In this document: positions 38,368 to 51,632 of the stretch, in pieces
Numbering within the stretch: the first letter of the stretch is position 1
Layout: each line of letters begins with the position of its first letter
DNA from: Torpedo marmorata
Taxonomy: Eukaryota
Assembly (NCBI GenBank): GCA_977017645.1
Contig: OZ360246.1
Coordinates: 13,950,001-14,014,000, forward strand
DNA: 64,000 nucleotides
Reading direction: 5' to 3'
Notes under the pieces: generated by a model
Database searches by the model: none
What the model was told of the DNA's origin: nothing
Seen by the model: the letters and a program-made list of their open reading frames with translations, nothing else
Program-made: the position numbers and the translations under genes

Positions 38368-40911
38368 AGAATCAGAATCAGAATCAGAATCAGAATTTAT
38401 TGTCATGAACAAGTCATGAAATTCGGTGCTTTGCGGCAGCATCATAGTGCAATTAACATTCATATTAACCATTCTAACGACATTACTATATAAAAAATAT
38501 TATAAACAATAGTGCACTAGTTTCTTTGGTTCATTGATTGTTCAGGAATCTGATGGCAGCGGGGAAGAAGCTGACCTTGTGCCGTTGAGTGCTCGTCTTT
38601 AGGCTCCTGTACCTTTTCCCCGATGGAAGCAGCGTGAAGAGGGCATGGCCTGGGTGGTGGGGGTCCTTGAGGATAGAGGCTGCTTTATTAAGACATCGCC
38701 TCATGTAGATGTCCTCGATGGAGTGAAGTTTGGTGCCCGTGATGTCACAGGCCGAGTTAACAACCTTCTGGAGTTTGCTCTTGTCCTGGGAGTTGGCGCC
38801 ACCATACCAGGCAGTGATGCAACCAGCTAGAATGCTCTCCACGGTACACCTGTAGAAGTTCACGAGAGTCTTTGGCGACATACCGAATCTCCGCAATCGC
38901 CTCACAAAGTATAGCCGCTGACGAGCCTTCTTTGTGATTGCATCCACGTGGATGCTCCAGGACAGATCCTCAGAGATGTTGACACCCATGAATTTGAAGT
39001 TCTTGACCCTCTCCACGACTGAGCCCTCGATGAGGACTGGGTTGTGTTCCCCTGACTTCCTCCTGAAGTCCACAATCATCTCCTTGGTTTTGCTGACGTT
39101 GAGCTCAAGGTTGTTGTCATTACACCATTCAATGAGCTGATCTATCTCCCTCCTGTACGCTTCCTCATTGGCGTTTGTGATTCTGCCGACAACTGTGGTG
39201 TCATCGGCAAACTTGTATATGGCATTGGAATTGTGCCTGGCCACACAGTCATGAGTGTATAACGAGTAGAGCAGTGAACTAAGCACGCATCCTTGGGGTG
39301 CGCCTGTGTTGATAATCAGTGAGGAGGAGACGTTGTTTCCAATTCGTACTGACTGTGGTCTTCCGATGAGAATGTCAAGGATCCAGTTGCAGAGGGGGCT
39401 ACAGAGGCCTAGAGTTTGTAGCTTCTTGACCAGCACTGAGGGAATAATGGTATTGAAGGCCGAGCTGTAGTCTATGAAGAGCAGCCGTATGTATGAATTG
39501 CTGTTTTCGAGGTGATCCAGAGCTGAGTGGAGAGCCAGCGATATTGCATCTGCTGTGGAGCGATTGTGACGATAGGCGAATTGCAGTGGGTCCAGATCTT
39601 TGCTTAGGTATGTGTTAATTCTGGCCATGACCAGCCTCTCAAAGCATTTCATCACAGTAGAAGTTAGTGCTACTGGCCGATAGTCGTTGAGGCAGCTCAC
39701 ACTACTCTTCTTGGGCACCGGGATGATTGATGCCCTTTTGAAGCAGGTGGGAACCTCTGACTGCCGCAATGAGAGGTTGAAAATGTCCGTGAACACTCCG
39801 GCTAGTTGGTTGGTGCAGATTTTCAATACCCTGCCAGGTACGCCGTCAGGGCCTGACGCCTTGCGAGGGTTCACCCTCTTGAATGATGTTCTGACGTCGC
39901 CCTCAGAGACAGATATCACAGGGTCTTCAGCCTTTTCAGGGAATCTAGTAGGCATAGTTTTGTTCTTCTTCTCAAAGTGGGCATAGAAGGTGTTCAGCTC
40001 ATCGGGTAGTGAAGCATCACAGCCGTCTATAGTGTTCGCCCTCGCTTTGTAGGCTGTAATGGCCTGCACTCCCTGCCATAGCTGGCGTGTATCTGTCTCT
40101 GTCTCTAGCTTCCTCCGGAATTGCCTCTTTGCTTCAGAGATGGCCTTCTGCAGTTCGTGCCTGGACTTTTTGTAAAGATCCCGGTCCCCGGACTTAAACG
40201 CCCTTGTTCTCATCCTCAGCAGGTTGCGAATTCTCTGATTCATCCAGGGCTTCTGGTTGGGGAACACCCGGTATTTGCGCGTGGGCACACACTCATCCAC
40301 GCAGGTCTTGATGAAGTCGGTGACACCTGTTGCATATTCATTTAGGTCTATGGCTGAGTGCTTGAATATGTTCCAGTCCACCGATTCAAAGCAGTCCTGC
40401 AGACGCTCCTCCGCCTCCCTTGACCATACTTTCTCCGTCCTCACCACTGGTGCTGTGGTCTTCAGTCTCTGCTTGTACGCCGGGAGTAGAAGTACAGGCA
40501 GGTGATCAGACTTGCCGAAGTGCGGTCGTGGTATGGCTCGGAATACGTTCTTCACGGTGGTGTAGCAGTGGTCGAGTGTGTTGGTTCCCCTGGTCTCACA
40601 AGTGATGTGTTGGTGGTAGTTTGTCAGTGACTTCTTCAGATTGGCCTGATTGAAGTCTCCTACAATGATCGGGAAGGCATCAGGATGTGCTGTCTCATGG
40701 CTGTTTATCACAGTGCTCAGTCCCTCCAGTGCTAGCCTGACGTTAGCCTGGGGCGGAATGTACACTGTGACCAGGATGATGGCGGTGAACTCCCTCGGCA
40801 GATAGAATGGGCGACACTTGATTGCCAGATGTTCCAGGTCGGGGGAGCAGGACTGGGACATGACCGTCATGTCTGTGCACCACGATGAATTGATGATGAC
40901 ACACGCCGCCT
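38366..40911 (-). mobile_element. Rex1/Babar LINE, young 5'-truncated copy with an uninterrupted 779-codon frame (partial APE plus RT)
   Basis: ORF 38531-40870 contains [31 protein letters not shown] and KFADD; (TTCTGA)5 tail. Confidence 0.94.
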
Positions 40912-41297
40912 CAGCACATTTGCTGGTAATTGAGAGCTCTTTGATGCTTAGGGAAATTCAATGTCCAATTAATCTATTTACCATAGGTTATTGAAGTTCC
41001 CAATATGTGCAGTCATAAGCTGCATTGCAGCATGCTTTAAAAAAACAAACATACTGGAAAAATTGCTGTCACCCTCACTCCTGCTGATCCAGCAGACAGA
41101 GACCTATATCCCAGGGCTATGTAAGTACTTAATCACACCAGGCAGTGGATGTATGGAAACTGCTGCCATTTCTCCTGGATCAAGGACCCAAAGTAAAATA
41201 CACAATTTGATTTTAAAATGATTTATTCAAAACAATTTCCCAACTCTGGCAAAACTTTGCATGTTTAATCCCAATACACCAGGAACATAGAATTCTA

Positions 41298-41681
41298 CAG
41301 CATCAAACGATGTCATTTGGACCGTTATGTCTGTGTCAGCTTGATAAAATGGCTCCCGTTTGTTTCATTCTCCTTCTCTTCCCCAAAGCACAGCATATTT
41401 TTGCCATAGATCAGTACTTCTCAATCCATTTTTTCTCACTCACATACCACCTTAAGTAATCACTAACTACAGAGCACCTATGGCATAGGATGTCATAGGT
41501 GCTCTGTGGTTAGTAAGGGATTACTTAAAGTGGTATGTGAGTGGAAATAAAGGATTGAGAAGTACTGATCTACGGCAAAAATATGCTGTGCTTTGGGGAA
41601 GAGAAGGAAAATGAAACAAACGGGAGCCATTTTATCAAGCTGACACAGACATAACGGTCCAAATGACATCGTTTGATGCTG
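41298..41681. repeat. 384-bp inverted repeat: palindromic hAT-like MITE (41412-41567) with 114-bp inverted flanks
   Basis: Outer arms differ at only 2 positions by manual alignment. Core termini are CAGTACTTCTCAATCC and GGATTGAGAAGTACTG; centre near 41488. Confidence 0.92.
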
Positions 41682-41786
41682 CCCTGGATGTACCGGTATT
41701 CAAACTTCCATTGTGGTAATAATAGCTGCTTAGAAGAAGCCTCCAGCACAGATGATCAGAACCCTCCACTTTCATGTTTCCAATAA

Positions 41787-41999
<213 letters not shown>

Positions 42000-43659
42000 T
42001 AACTTAATGTGTAATTGCAAGTGTCCTGTGTTTCCTGACAACTAATCATTTTCCTCAATCTTATGAATGACCCCTTTTAAGGGATTTTTTTTCTCCGTTA
42101 ACACTCTTGTCAGCTCCTAGTTTTTCATGATCTTCACTGTTTCAGAAACCCCTCACTTGCCACCTTGCTCCTTGACATTCTTTCAGATTTTTGCTTTGTT
42201 GGAATTTGCAAACCACCTGTAAAACATCAGTCTCCTGGCTCCAGCAATTCCACACGTCTTGTCCTGCCTGAATGCCCCAACACTATCTCCCATATCCAAC
42301 CTTTTTCCCTGAAGAGATTTGTTTCGTATTGAGGCCCCACAAAAAATGGAGATTTTCACCCAAGTGACCTTTCAGGCTGAGGTATTTAAATTGGCATTGC
42401 ACACCTTTGTGTGCACCAACAGAAAGTGTTGGCTATAATGGTCAATTCAAACATTTATTAACTATAGTTTTAACTTTCTTTCACATATCGTAATGTTAAC
42501 TGCTCAAGGATAAAATCTTTCTTTGAAATATGTGTGGTTGAATCACATTTTTGAAACCAATGTGGTCCGTCAGAATTCTGATCTAGTGCCAGCCACCCAT
42601 TACACAGAACTCATTATTTACAGAGAGTTGACCTTACAAACGCTTTTCTGCTCAGAATTCTGTTCTACCTATTACAAATCAGAAATTAAATGGATTTTCT
42701 GATAACTGGCCTGTCTGCCGCCATCTCAAACCCATTAGTTCTCGGTGATAAAATTCTTTGAAAGTTTCCATAAGATTTTTGCCACACACTTCAACAGATT
42801 ATTACTTAACAAATTATTACTCATCATGACATTGAAAATTTGATGATTAATTCCAGTACTCAACATGATAATTTACAGCGATAGGCTGGTACGTCAGGGA
42901 CAGCCTGAACACTTTATGAAAAATTTGGAAACTTGGGCTTTTGTATTTGTGTTTGTTGCACCCTCCTGGGAGAATGACCTTTGGGACGTGAAGCTGCTCC
43001 GCAGAATTGAACGAAATGTATAGAAGCTGTCACTTTTCATTTCAACCATACAGAACCTGGTGTTATTGGCATGAGTGCATTTCTCCCAAGTAGGGAATAA
43101 AAGCAAATGTTGACTATTTCTGCAGCAGCAAGAATTTAATGCTGTCAACTGGAGCTCCTCCTTTGTCTTTATGTTTGCTTTTGATTCCACCCTCTCACAA
43201 CATTTGATTTCACCACTCAGCTGTTGTCTTACTTTTTCAGAGGGGTGATTGTAAAGCCCATTTATTTTTCCATTATGTTTACCTGCCAAGTAGTTGGTGG
43301 GCTTATCAGTCAATTGTCTTGTATAGTAAACCATCAAACTTTCTTTTGTGGGGATGTGAATTTACAAAACTTAGCAGAGATTTGTTTTCCAATTCTTTGG
43401 GTTTCTTTCTCACTACTGAATCAGTTGAGAACCCATCCTATACAATACATTCTGTACTGCCCAACTGGTATAATAGAACTTAATTAACAAAAACTTTACT
43501 CATTTGAGAGATACGTACAAGACCAGAAAAACTACTGAGTGACTAAGGTGGGTCAGGAGCTATTGGGTGACTTGGGAAAAGCTGACCTGAAACACTGATA
43601 ATAGGTTTGGGCTACCTTCATCGACTAAAAGTGCAAGGGTAGCAACCCTAAAAGACAAG

Positions 43660-44580
43660 AGGAGGTTGGGTATCTCTGAAATTCTCTATCCCAGTGAACT
43701 GTGGACACTGAATCACTGAATATGTAAAAGGCAGAGACAGATTTTGATCTTTAGGGGAAACAAGAATTATGGAGGACAAGTTCATTGTTGAGGTTGAAGT
43801 TGATCACCTGTGGTCTTATTTAATGGAAGAATAGACTTAAGCGGCCATATTTTGACACCAGTTCCTATTTATTAAGTTCTTTTCAGAAAATAAAAGTATA
43901 GAAATAGGAGCAGCTTTTGCCTGTTAAGCCTGTTCCACTATTCAATAAAATCATTGCTGATATTTTATGTCATTGCTTCCTTCCTACACTGACCCATATG
44001 CTTGAAATCCTTAATGTATAATAATCCAACAATCTCTGCTTTTCATATGGCTAGTAACTGAGCCTCCACAGCCCTGTTGGGTAAACAATTCCAAAGATTA
44101 GCCACCACAGGGAGAGGACATTTCTTCTTATCTCCGTCCTGAACAGCAAACCCCTAAGTCTGAAACTGTTTTCGACACCTGATCCAGGGAAAACATTACA
44201 CATGAATCTATTTTATCAAGATTGGTAAGAATGTTGTAGGTCTCAGTAAGGTTACTGTTCATTCTTCTGAATTCTAGAGAGTGTCAGCCCAATCTGCTTA
44301 ATTTCTCCTCCAAGGACAATCCTCTTATTCCATTAATCAATCTGGTGAATCTTCACTGCATTCCATTTAATGCAAGGGTATCCATCCTTAGATAGGGAGA
44401 CAGGACCTATGCGTGATGTTTCCGGTGCAGTCTCAATTTCTGTACCATGTCTTTACTCTTGTACGCAAATCCTGTTGTAGTGAAGCCCAACATACCATTT
44501 GTTTTGCTAATTGTTTGCCATCCCTGCTTGTTCACTTTAAGTTATTTGTGCAACCAGGTTCTAGTGAACACCAACGTTTT
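43660..44580. mobile_element. Two degenerate CR1 3' ends in tail-to-tail arrangement
   Basis: A + strand tail ends near 43880 and a minus-strand tail starts near 43895. Confidence 0.55.
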
Positions 44581-45624
44581 ATAATTTCAACACAATTTTA
44601 AAAAATACACTGCAAAAGCAGATGACCTCACATTTCTACTGCACTTTATATCATCAGCCAATCTGGTATATTTCACTTGGTTCCCTCGTGCAAACCATTG
44701 ATGTAGATTGTGAACACCTAGGGCTCCATTGGTCACAGCCAACCAAACCAAAATTATTCCTACTTTGTTTTGTGTTAATTCAGCTCTTTTTTTTAAGAGA
44801 CGCAAGTCAATGTAAACAGAGATACCCACAAATTATGCAATTCAGTATCAGGGTTGTCAAACGGTTTTGTGTGAGAGACCTGATAAATATTGATGTACTT
44901 ACAGATTTCCCCCCCTCCCTCCCCCCCACCGCCAATACTGGCAGTATTATTAATTATCTGCAGTGTCTGTGTACAAGCTTTCAGGATCCTCTTCCGTTTA
45001 TTGGGGCACTGCCATTGATGCCCCCTCTTCTAATTTTAAACGGAAGTGTCAGCTACTGAAAGGAAATTTTGTTTTACTTGCAGAAACTATGGTTATTTAT
45101 CATGTAGCAGAATACAAAGAAATGTCTGGTAATAGTGAAAGATCAAGTAATCTCAAAGTCCATTTTGTGGGTGCTTCAGTTTGAACTCTTGTGCTCAACC
45201 ACATTTTGTTTTCATGGAAATAATAGTTCCATTTCATTTTTGTTCAATAAGTTCAGATAGTTCAGCACATAAATTTCATTTTTTGTTTCCTCTTGGAGGT
45301 GGTTTCCCATTTTGTTTTTTGTAATTTCAGTTATTTTATGTCTGGCCGACCTGCACTACTGCTCAGTTCAGAGGGATATTAGAGCTGAAGCAATGGAACA
45401 TTTGATCAGTTTGATCCTTATAGGGTATCCCTCAGCTGGAATACCATAACCCATGTAAGGAATCACACCCCGTTTGCTTTGGCCCAATTGTGTTCATTCA
45501 CCACTATTGCTTCAACCTCAATATCCTTAACCTGTACAGTACAAATAATAACCCAATTATTTGTTCAATATTTGATGCTCTGTAAACTATCTGTAAAACA
45601 CTGCAATCAAACATCAACCAGCTT

Positions 45625-46299
45625 CCATAGAACCATAGAATATTACAGCACAGAAACAGGCCTCTTTAGCCCTTCTCGTCTGTGCCGAACCATTTTTTTT
45701 TTGTTACCTAGTCCCACTGACCTGCACCCAGTCCATAGCCCTCCACACCTCTTCCATCCATGTACCTGTCCAAATTCTTCTTAAATGTTAAAATTGAGCC
45801 CGCATATACCACTTCAGCTGGCAGCTCCTTCCACACTCCCACCACTCTCTGTGTGAAGTTCCCCCTCATGTTCCCCCTAAACTTTTCCCCTTTCACTCTT
45901 AACCCATGTCTTCTGGTTTGCTTCCCACCCACCCTCAGTGGAGAAAGCCTATCTATATTTACTCTGTCTATCCCCCTCATAATTTTAAATACCTCTATCA
46001 AATCTCCCCTCATTTTTCTATGCTCCAGGGAATAAAGTCCTAACCTGTTTAACCTTTCCCTGTAACTCAGTTCCTGAAGTCTGGGCAACATCCTAGTAAA
46101 TCTTCTCTGCACTCTTTCTATCTTATTGATATCTTTCCTGTAGTTAGGTGACCAAAACTGCACACAATACTCCAAATTTGGCCTCACTAATGTCTTATAC
46201 AACTTTAACATAACATCCCAACTCCTGTACTCAATACTTTGATTTATGAAGGCCAATATGCCAAAAGCTCTCTTTACAACCCTATCCACCTATGACGCC
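45625..46299 (-). mobile_element. CR1 (HER1-like) LINE 3' end
   Basis: 193-aa frame containing LYKTLVRPNLEYCVQFWSP and RGDLIEVFKI; (TTCTATGG)n tail. Confidence 0.92.
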
Positions 46300-47074
46300 C
46301 ATTATTATAGGATTTTTAAAAATTCCACACTCCAGTTAAATGCTTTTTTACTTTTTTTCTCTGCTAAATATATTCGCCATGTGCTTTAATGTGGTTTAAG
46401 TCATATTATGCACTAGAATGGGTTGATATTAATTATGATAAAAATTAAGTCATCAAATGAAGCTTGAAGTTTTGATGAATCACTACAAGAATGCGTCTCA
46501 ATAGTATAACCTACAACAATTGATAAGCTGAGAGGTCACTGCTGGCTTCACTTGCTTGTGTGCTAACCCAACCCAAGTGGGTAATGTTTGAAATTACTTT
46601 TCTAAGGAGGCAGTGCCATTGAGTTGTATTGTAGTGTGGATCTGTTGTCAGTGGTGACTGGGATAAGCATGTGTGTGTTAGATCTGCACGAGTTCAAGTG
46701 GTAAAACATCTGTCCACTCTGATTTGCCAGCTGGATACCTATTAACCTATGAATAGTGGTTTTCTTAGAAATCCATACCTCTCAAAGTAAGACTGTGAAG
46801 ATATTTTTGATTCTGTTGTTATCATAGTTGCCATGAACTAATTGGAGAACACAACTAGAAAACCCATCGTAGATCAGAAGATTTCCATGAAGTACCCATA
46901 AAATCAGAACAGAGCAAGCATCAAAGTCCTTAGTACATCTTTGAGGACTTTCCAGCCTTTGGCATGTAATGAAAATGTGCAAGCAAAATTGACCTCCTGC
47001 ACTACCTCAAATGGGAAGTCAAGAATCGGCAGCCTGTTTTATTTTCTGTTTGATTGAAGTCTTAGCACACAGAA

Positions 47075-47289
47075 TTAAAACAACGAAAGTCTGCAGACAC
47101 CGTGGTTGAAGTAAAAACACAATGGTGGAGAAACTCAACAGGTCAAACAGTGTACTTTATATTAGCAAATATAAAGTTACATAACCAAAGTTTCGGGCTT
47201 GAGCCTGAAACGTTGGTTATGTATCTTTATCTTTGTTATATAAAGTACACTGTTTGACCTGCTGAGTTTCTCCACCATTGTGTTTTTAC
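47075..47289. mobile_element. Fold-back mini-insertion of a Penelope terminus with 15-bp TSD
   Basis: TCTTAGCACACAGAA at 47060-47074 and 47290-47304. Arms 47110-47199 and 47202-47290 are inverted. Matches 62105-62233. Confidence 0.88.
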
Positions 47290-48254
47290 TCTTAGCACAC
47301 AGAACTGTTTTCATTCCCATTGTCAAGAATGGGCCATGAGATCGACGTCTCGGGTTGTGTAAAAGATAGTGGGAGTTAGCTCGCAAAAAAAGTGGGACAT
47401 TCAAGTACTACGGGGGGGATTCATCTCAAAGTTCCTCCATTGAGATATATCTATCTTATTGAATTATATTCATCTCATAAAATTCTTAACATTTGCATAC
47501 ACCTCCTATCTGTGCAGCTGAACTTCCAATTCTCACATTTTTATGCCATATTTTTCCCATTATAAATTAATATGTTCACATTTATAATGTATTTTGTAAT
47601 GTATTTGTCAGTGCTATTATCCACCATTGGTAAGCTGAAAGGTCACTCAACAGTCCTGACTTCACTGTCTTGCGTGCTTCACCTAGCTAATCACCATAAT
47701 TCTTCAGTCACACAAATAGCCCAAAGTGCTTCCTGTAATGTTTTTTGTGTCCATTATTTCCCCCTTCAATAAGTAAAATTTATATGGTAAAGATGTAAAC
47801 AGGATTGAAAAAATCCTTTGTATTTTCTAATGCCTTCATAAAAGCATTCATTTGAAGGCTTCAACTCTCCCAAATCCCTGAGTTCAAACTTGATTCTTCT
47901 TATAAAGCTGTGAATCTTTCAGCTAAATTTGACTTGTGCACTCACAGGATGTGCACTGCATCTCATTTATCAGTATGCATCATTGCTGTTCATCAGCAGC
48001 ACTGAGCATATTTTGTTTCACTAGCAGATACTCCTATTTGACTTGTTTTTAAGTATTTCAATTTAAAATGGTGGTGTAAATTGTCTGGATTATGCAATCA
48101 AAGTGATGAGTTTACGCAAAGAATATCTGTTATAAATCTGGGCATGTAAATTTATACTAGGGAGAAAAGAGTGCACCAAATTACCACAAACCAGCAAGTC
48201 AAGATCTTGAGATAAGAAATACATACAAATATAATTTGTGTAATAACATATATT

Positions 48255-48748
48255 AAAATAGAACATTACAGCACAGTACAGGTCCTTTGGCCCAAGATGT
48301 TGTGCCAACTTATACAAGCCCACTCAACAATCTAAACCTTTCCTACCTCACACCCATAACCCTCTATTTTTCTTGCATCCATGTGCCTGTCAAAGAGTCT
48401 TTTAAATGTCCCTATGGTACCATCTCAATCAAAATGTCCCTATTGTAGATTTCAATCAAGTCTCCTCTCATCCTTCGCTCCAAAGCAAAAACCCCCAGCT
48501 CTGTTAACCTTGCCTCATAAGACACATTCTCCAATCCAGGCAACCTCCTGGTAAATCTCCTCTGCACCCTCTCTAAGGCTTCCATATCCTTCTTGTAATG
48601 AAATGACCACAACTAAACACAATATTCCAAGTGTGGTCTAACCAGTGTTTTTTAGAACTGCAACATTACCTCACGACTCTTGAACTCAATCCCCCAACTA
48701 ATAAAGGTCAGCATACCGTAAGTCTTCTTAACTACCCTATCAACCTGA
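48255..48748 (-). mobile_element. CR1 LINE 3' end with internal deletion
   Basis: KKDMEALERVQRRFTR and RGDLIEIY remnants plus a CR1 tail. Confidence 0.85.
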
Positions 48749-48879
48749 ACCACGTAACTATGATAATTAATTAATTAATTTTTCATCGAGCTACTTTATT
48801 TCTCTACATATTGTTCTAAAACATTGTGTGGATTTTGAGGGCAGTGAAATAAAAATTGGTGGCATTCAAATAAAGTTAG

Positions 48880-50450
48880 TAAGTCTTGACAAGGCATAGA
48901 TAATTGGACTGATTATTGAAAAAGAAATCGTATTTGACAAGTCTGTGGATTTTTTTTTGGCAACGTAAATAGATCAGATAAAGGGGAACCAATGGATGTA
49001 CTGTATCTGGATTTTCAAAAGGCAATTAATAAGATGCCACTCAAAATGATGGCACATTAAATAATAAGACTCCTTGAGGATGTGGAATAAACGATTGCCT
49101 AATTGGACAAAAAAAACAAAGAGTAGAAATATGTACAGTATCTATTTTTAGGTTGGACAGGTTGTAACAGTGGGATGTCAATCTGATAAAGAATTAGAAC
49201 GGTGTCCTCTTCAATTTACAATCTATTAATAGCTTAGATTAATCAGAATGAAATATTTCCAAGTTCACTGAAGACGTGAAATTACACGTATATTTTGATG
49301 GATAAGGCAACCTTCAGATAAGACGAGACCCCAATTTTAGTCTGAATTTCATGGTCTTAGCTCATATAGGTGGTATAAGACGACCCTCAAACATACCGGT
49401 ACCATACGTGTGTTGACTGAGCTGGTGTCGTGTTGACTGAGCTGGTGGGTGTGGCCGGTAGGTGGGTGAAGCACTGTCACAAAGCGAGAATGATGTTACC
49501 CAGAAGCCAAGGGTTTGCGTGTAGAGTAGCAGTAGATTTGCGCTGCGTCCTGGTGGTTATTGCGCGAGCTCCTTGGCTGGCAGCGCATCCGATGCTCAAC
49601 TTGTAAGCCCAGCACAGCAGGCGGGCCACGCTGTCGATGCCGCACCTTAACTCACAGCACCAGCTCGTCCCGTGCGAGCTCGACACTTGGTCGCAGCGCA
49701 TGCACGCGCTCGCTCCTGCACCCGTCACGTGCCTCTGGGTTTGGGGTGGTGCAGAGCGGAGACTCGCTCTTGTCCAAGTCAGTCATTCAGTCAGACACAG
49801 CGAGTGGAGCAGTTTCCTGTGTTTGTGTGGCTCAGTGAAGGAGAGCTGGGAGCAGCAGCTGTTGCCACCTGAACATGGTGTAAAGAAGAGGAGAGAACTT
49901 CCTGCAGCTTGTATGTGTCCCTAAATGCACAAGTCTGAGGAGGAAAGTGCACCAATTTAACGAAAATGACGAACGACTCTCCTGCTAAAAGTCTAGTAGA
50001 GATAGATCTCTCCTCTTTGCGGGTGAGTATCGGCTTGGGTTTGAAGGAGGAATAACAGTATCTGGCCTATAGGACGACCCCTTTTTTTGGGGTGTTTTTT
50101 GGGTGCTTCAAGTGTCGTCTTATCCGCCAAAATATACGGTAGTCTAGAAAGTAAGCTCTAAATTTGCAAAGGCTTATTATCGTAAAACTAGTTGACATGG
50201 AAATGGGAGATAATTTACTTTGGTAGAACAAAATAGATGCAGAATATTTTTAAATAGTGAGGAAATAGTAAATATTGATGAACCAATTGGTCTTGGTGTA
50301 CTGGTTTATGAAATGCAGAACATTGATATAATTGCTCGGAGGACAAAAGGAATGTTAAGCCTTATTGAAAGGAAGTTGAAGTAAAAAAAAAGGGAAAATT
50401 TTCTATCATTTCTTCTAGAATTGATGAGACCACAGATATAATGTCGTGTG
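48880..50450 (+). mobile_element. Old CR1 RT fragment interrupted by a DNA transposon
   Basis: gatgtactgtatctggattttcaaaaggca (DVLYLDFQKA) and later remnants. Confidence 0.6.
49285..50139. mobile_element. Non-autonomous pogo/Tc2-like DNA transposon
   Basis: TA|C(A)CGTATATTTTGATGGATAAG ... CTTATCCGCCAAAATATACGG|TA, with internal TAAGACGA/TAGGACGA motif repeats. Confidence 0.75.
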
Positions 50451-51149
50451 GAGTTCTCATCTCCATGCTAGGAATGGGAGATTTGAAAATGGCCATTTTA
50501 TTTTATCCTGCTTCTATTTGAGTTCCTTCTCTTATGATGAAAGCACCAAATGTTCAATGGTAAATCAGCAACAGCCATATTGGAGGAGATATTACTTAAC
50601 TATTTATATCATAAGATGTAGATTGGAATAGATACTGTTTCTATTGGATTAGACCAAACATATTCTAAAGAAAAATGAAGTAGATTAGAAAAAAAATCTT
50701 TTATTCATGTAGCAGTCATTTACAAATTGTTATTCCAAGTTCCAGGGAGACACTATTAAAGTTTCCATGCATGGTCCCAACTATTTTCCATCCATTAGGG
50801 ACATGCCATATTGGAAAGGCAAGATCACACAATTATCCCTCTTTACCACAAGTGGGTAGGAAAGTGGAAAATAAAATTCATTCTGGAGAAGTGTTCCATT
50901 TGGAGAGATAAGAAACACGACAAGGGAGTGCACAGAGAATGTTGGAGTACTGAGAAATATTCCTTATGACAAGTGTTACTTATGACATACTTTTCATCCT
51001 ATCTATTTACCCTGCTATTTTCATGGTTCCCATTGATCTTGGAGTGTATGTAAGTTGGTCCTGAAAATGTCATAAATAATACTGTTCTTTACCGGCTGAA
51101 ACATTGAACATATGACAAGAGGTGTCATGTTTGAGCTACATAACACATT

Positions 51150-51632
51150 AACATTAATTACCGGTAGTTCACAGCTAAGAGTTCGTGTTTTATTCTTGTC
51201 ACTGCATTTTAGGAAAGATGTGATTGCACTGGGAGGTGTGCTAAGGAGATTGAAGAGGATGTTGTCAGGCTGGAGAATATTAGAAGGATTGGCGGGAATA
51301 TGAACAAGGAGGCTGAGGAGAACTAATTCAAGTATATGGCTGTAACAAGTCCATGCAGATTGAGTAGAAAGCACCTATTTCACCTCGTTCAATTATAGGG
51401 GATATGGTTTTAAGAAGGATTTGGAACATCATTTCCATCCTGAGGGCAATGGGTGTTTACGACTCACTCCCAGAAAAAATAGTCGAAGTGGAATTTTTTT
51501 TATCCCATCTAATAATTACTTGGATATCACTTGATATACTGTAATTGACATGGTTGTGGACCAATACATTGATCACAGACTAGATAGGCTGAACAAACTA
51601 GGTTCTGTGTCATGACATTTTATTATTCTATT
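51150..51632 (+). mobile_element. Degenerate CR1 3' fragment
   Basis: HFRKDVIAL remnant and a decayed tail. Confidence 0.55.

Noticed and set aside
38366-38395. (TCAGAA)n and similar short arrays as CRISPR- or telomere-like repeats
   Set aside because: They are LINE/SINE terminal microsatellites with no spacers, in a eukaryotic context.
38531-40870. 779-aa ORF as an active or domesticated RT gene
   Set aside because: It lacks the N-terminal endonuclease half and promoter, and carries a P-to-S change in the QGCVLSP motif. This fits a young dead-on-arrival copy.
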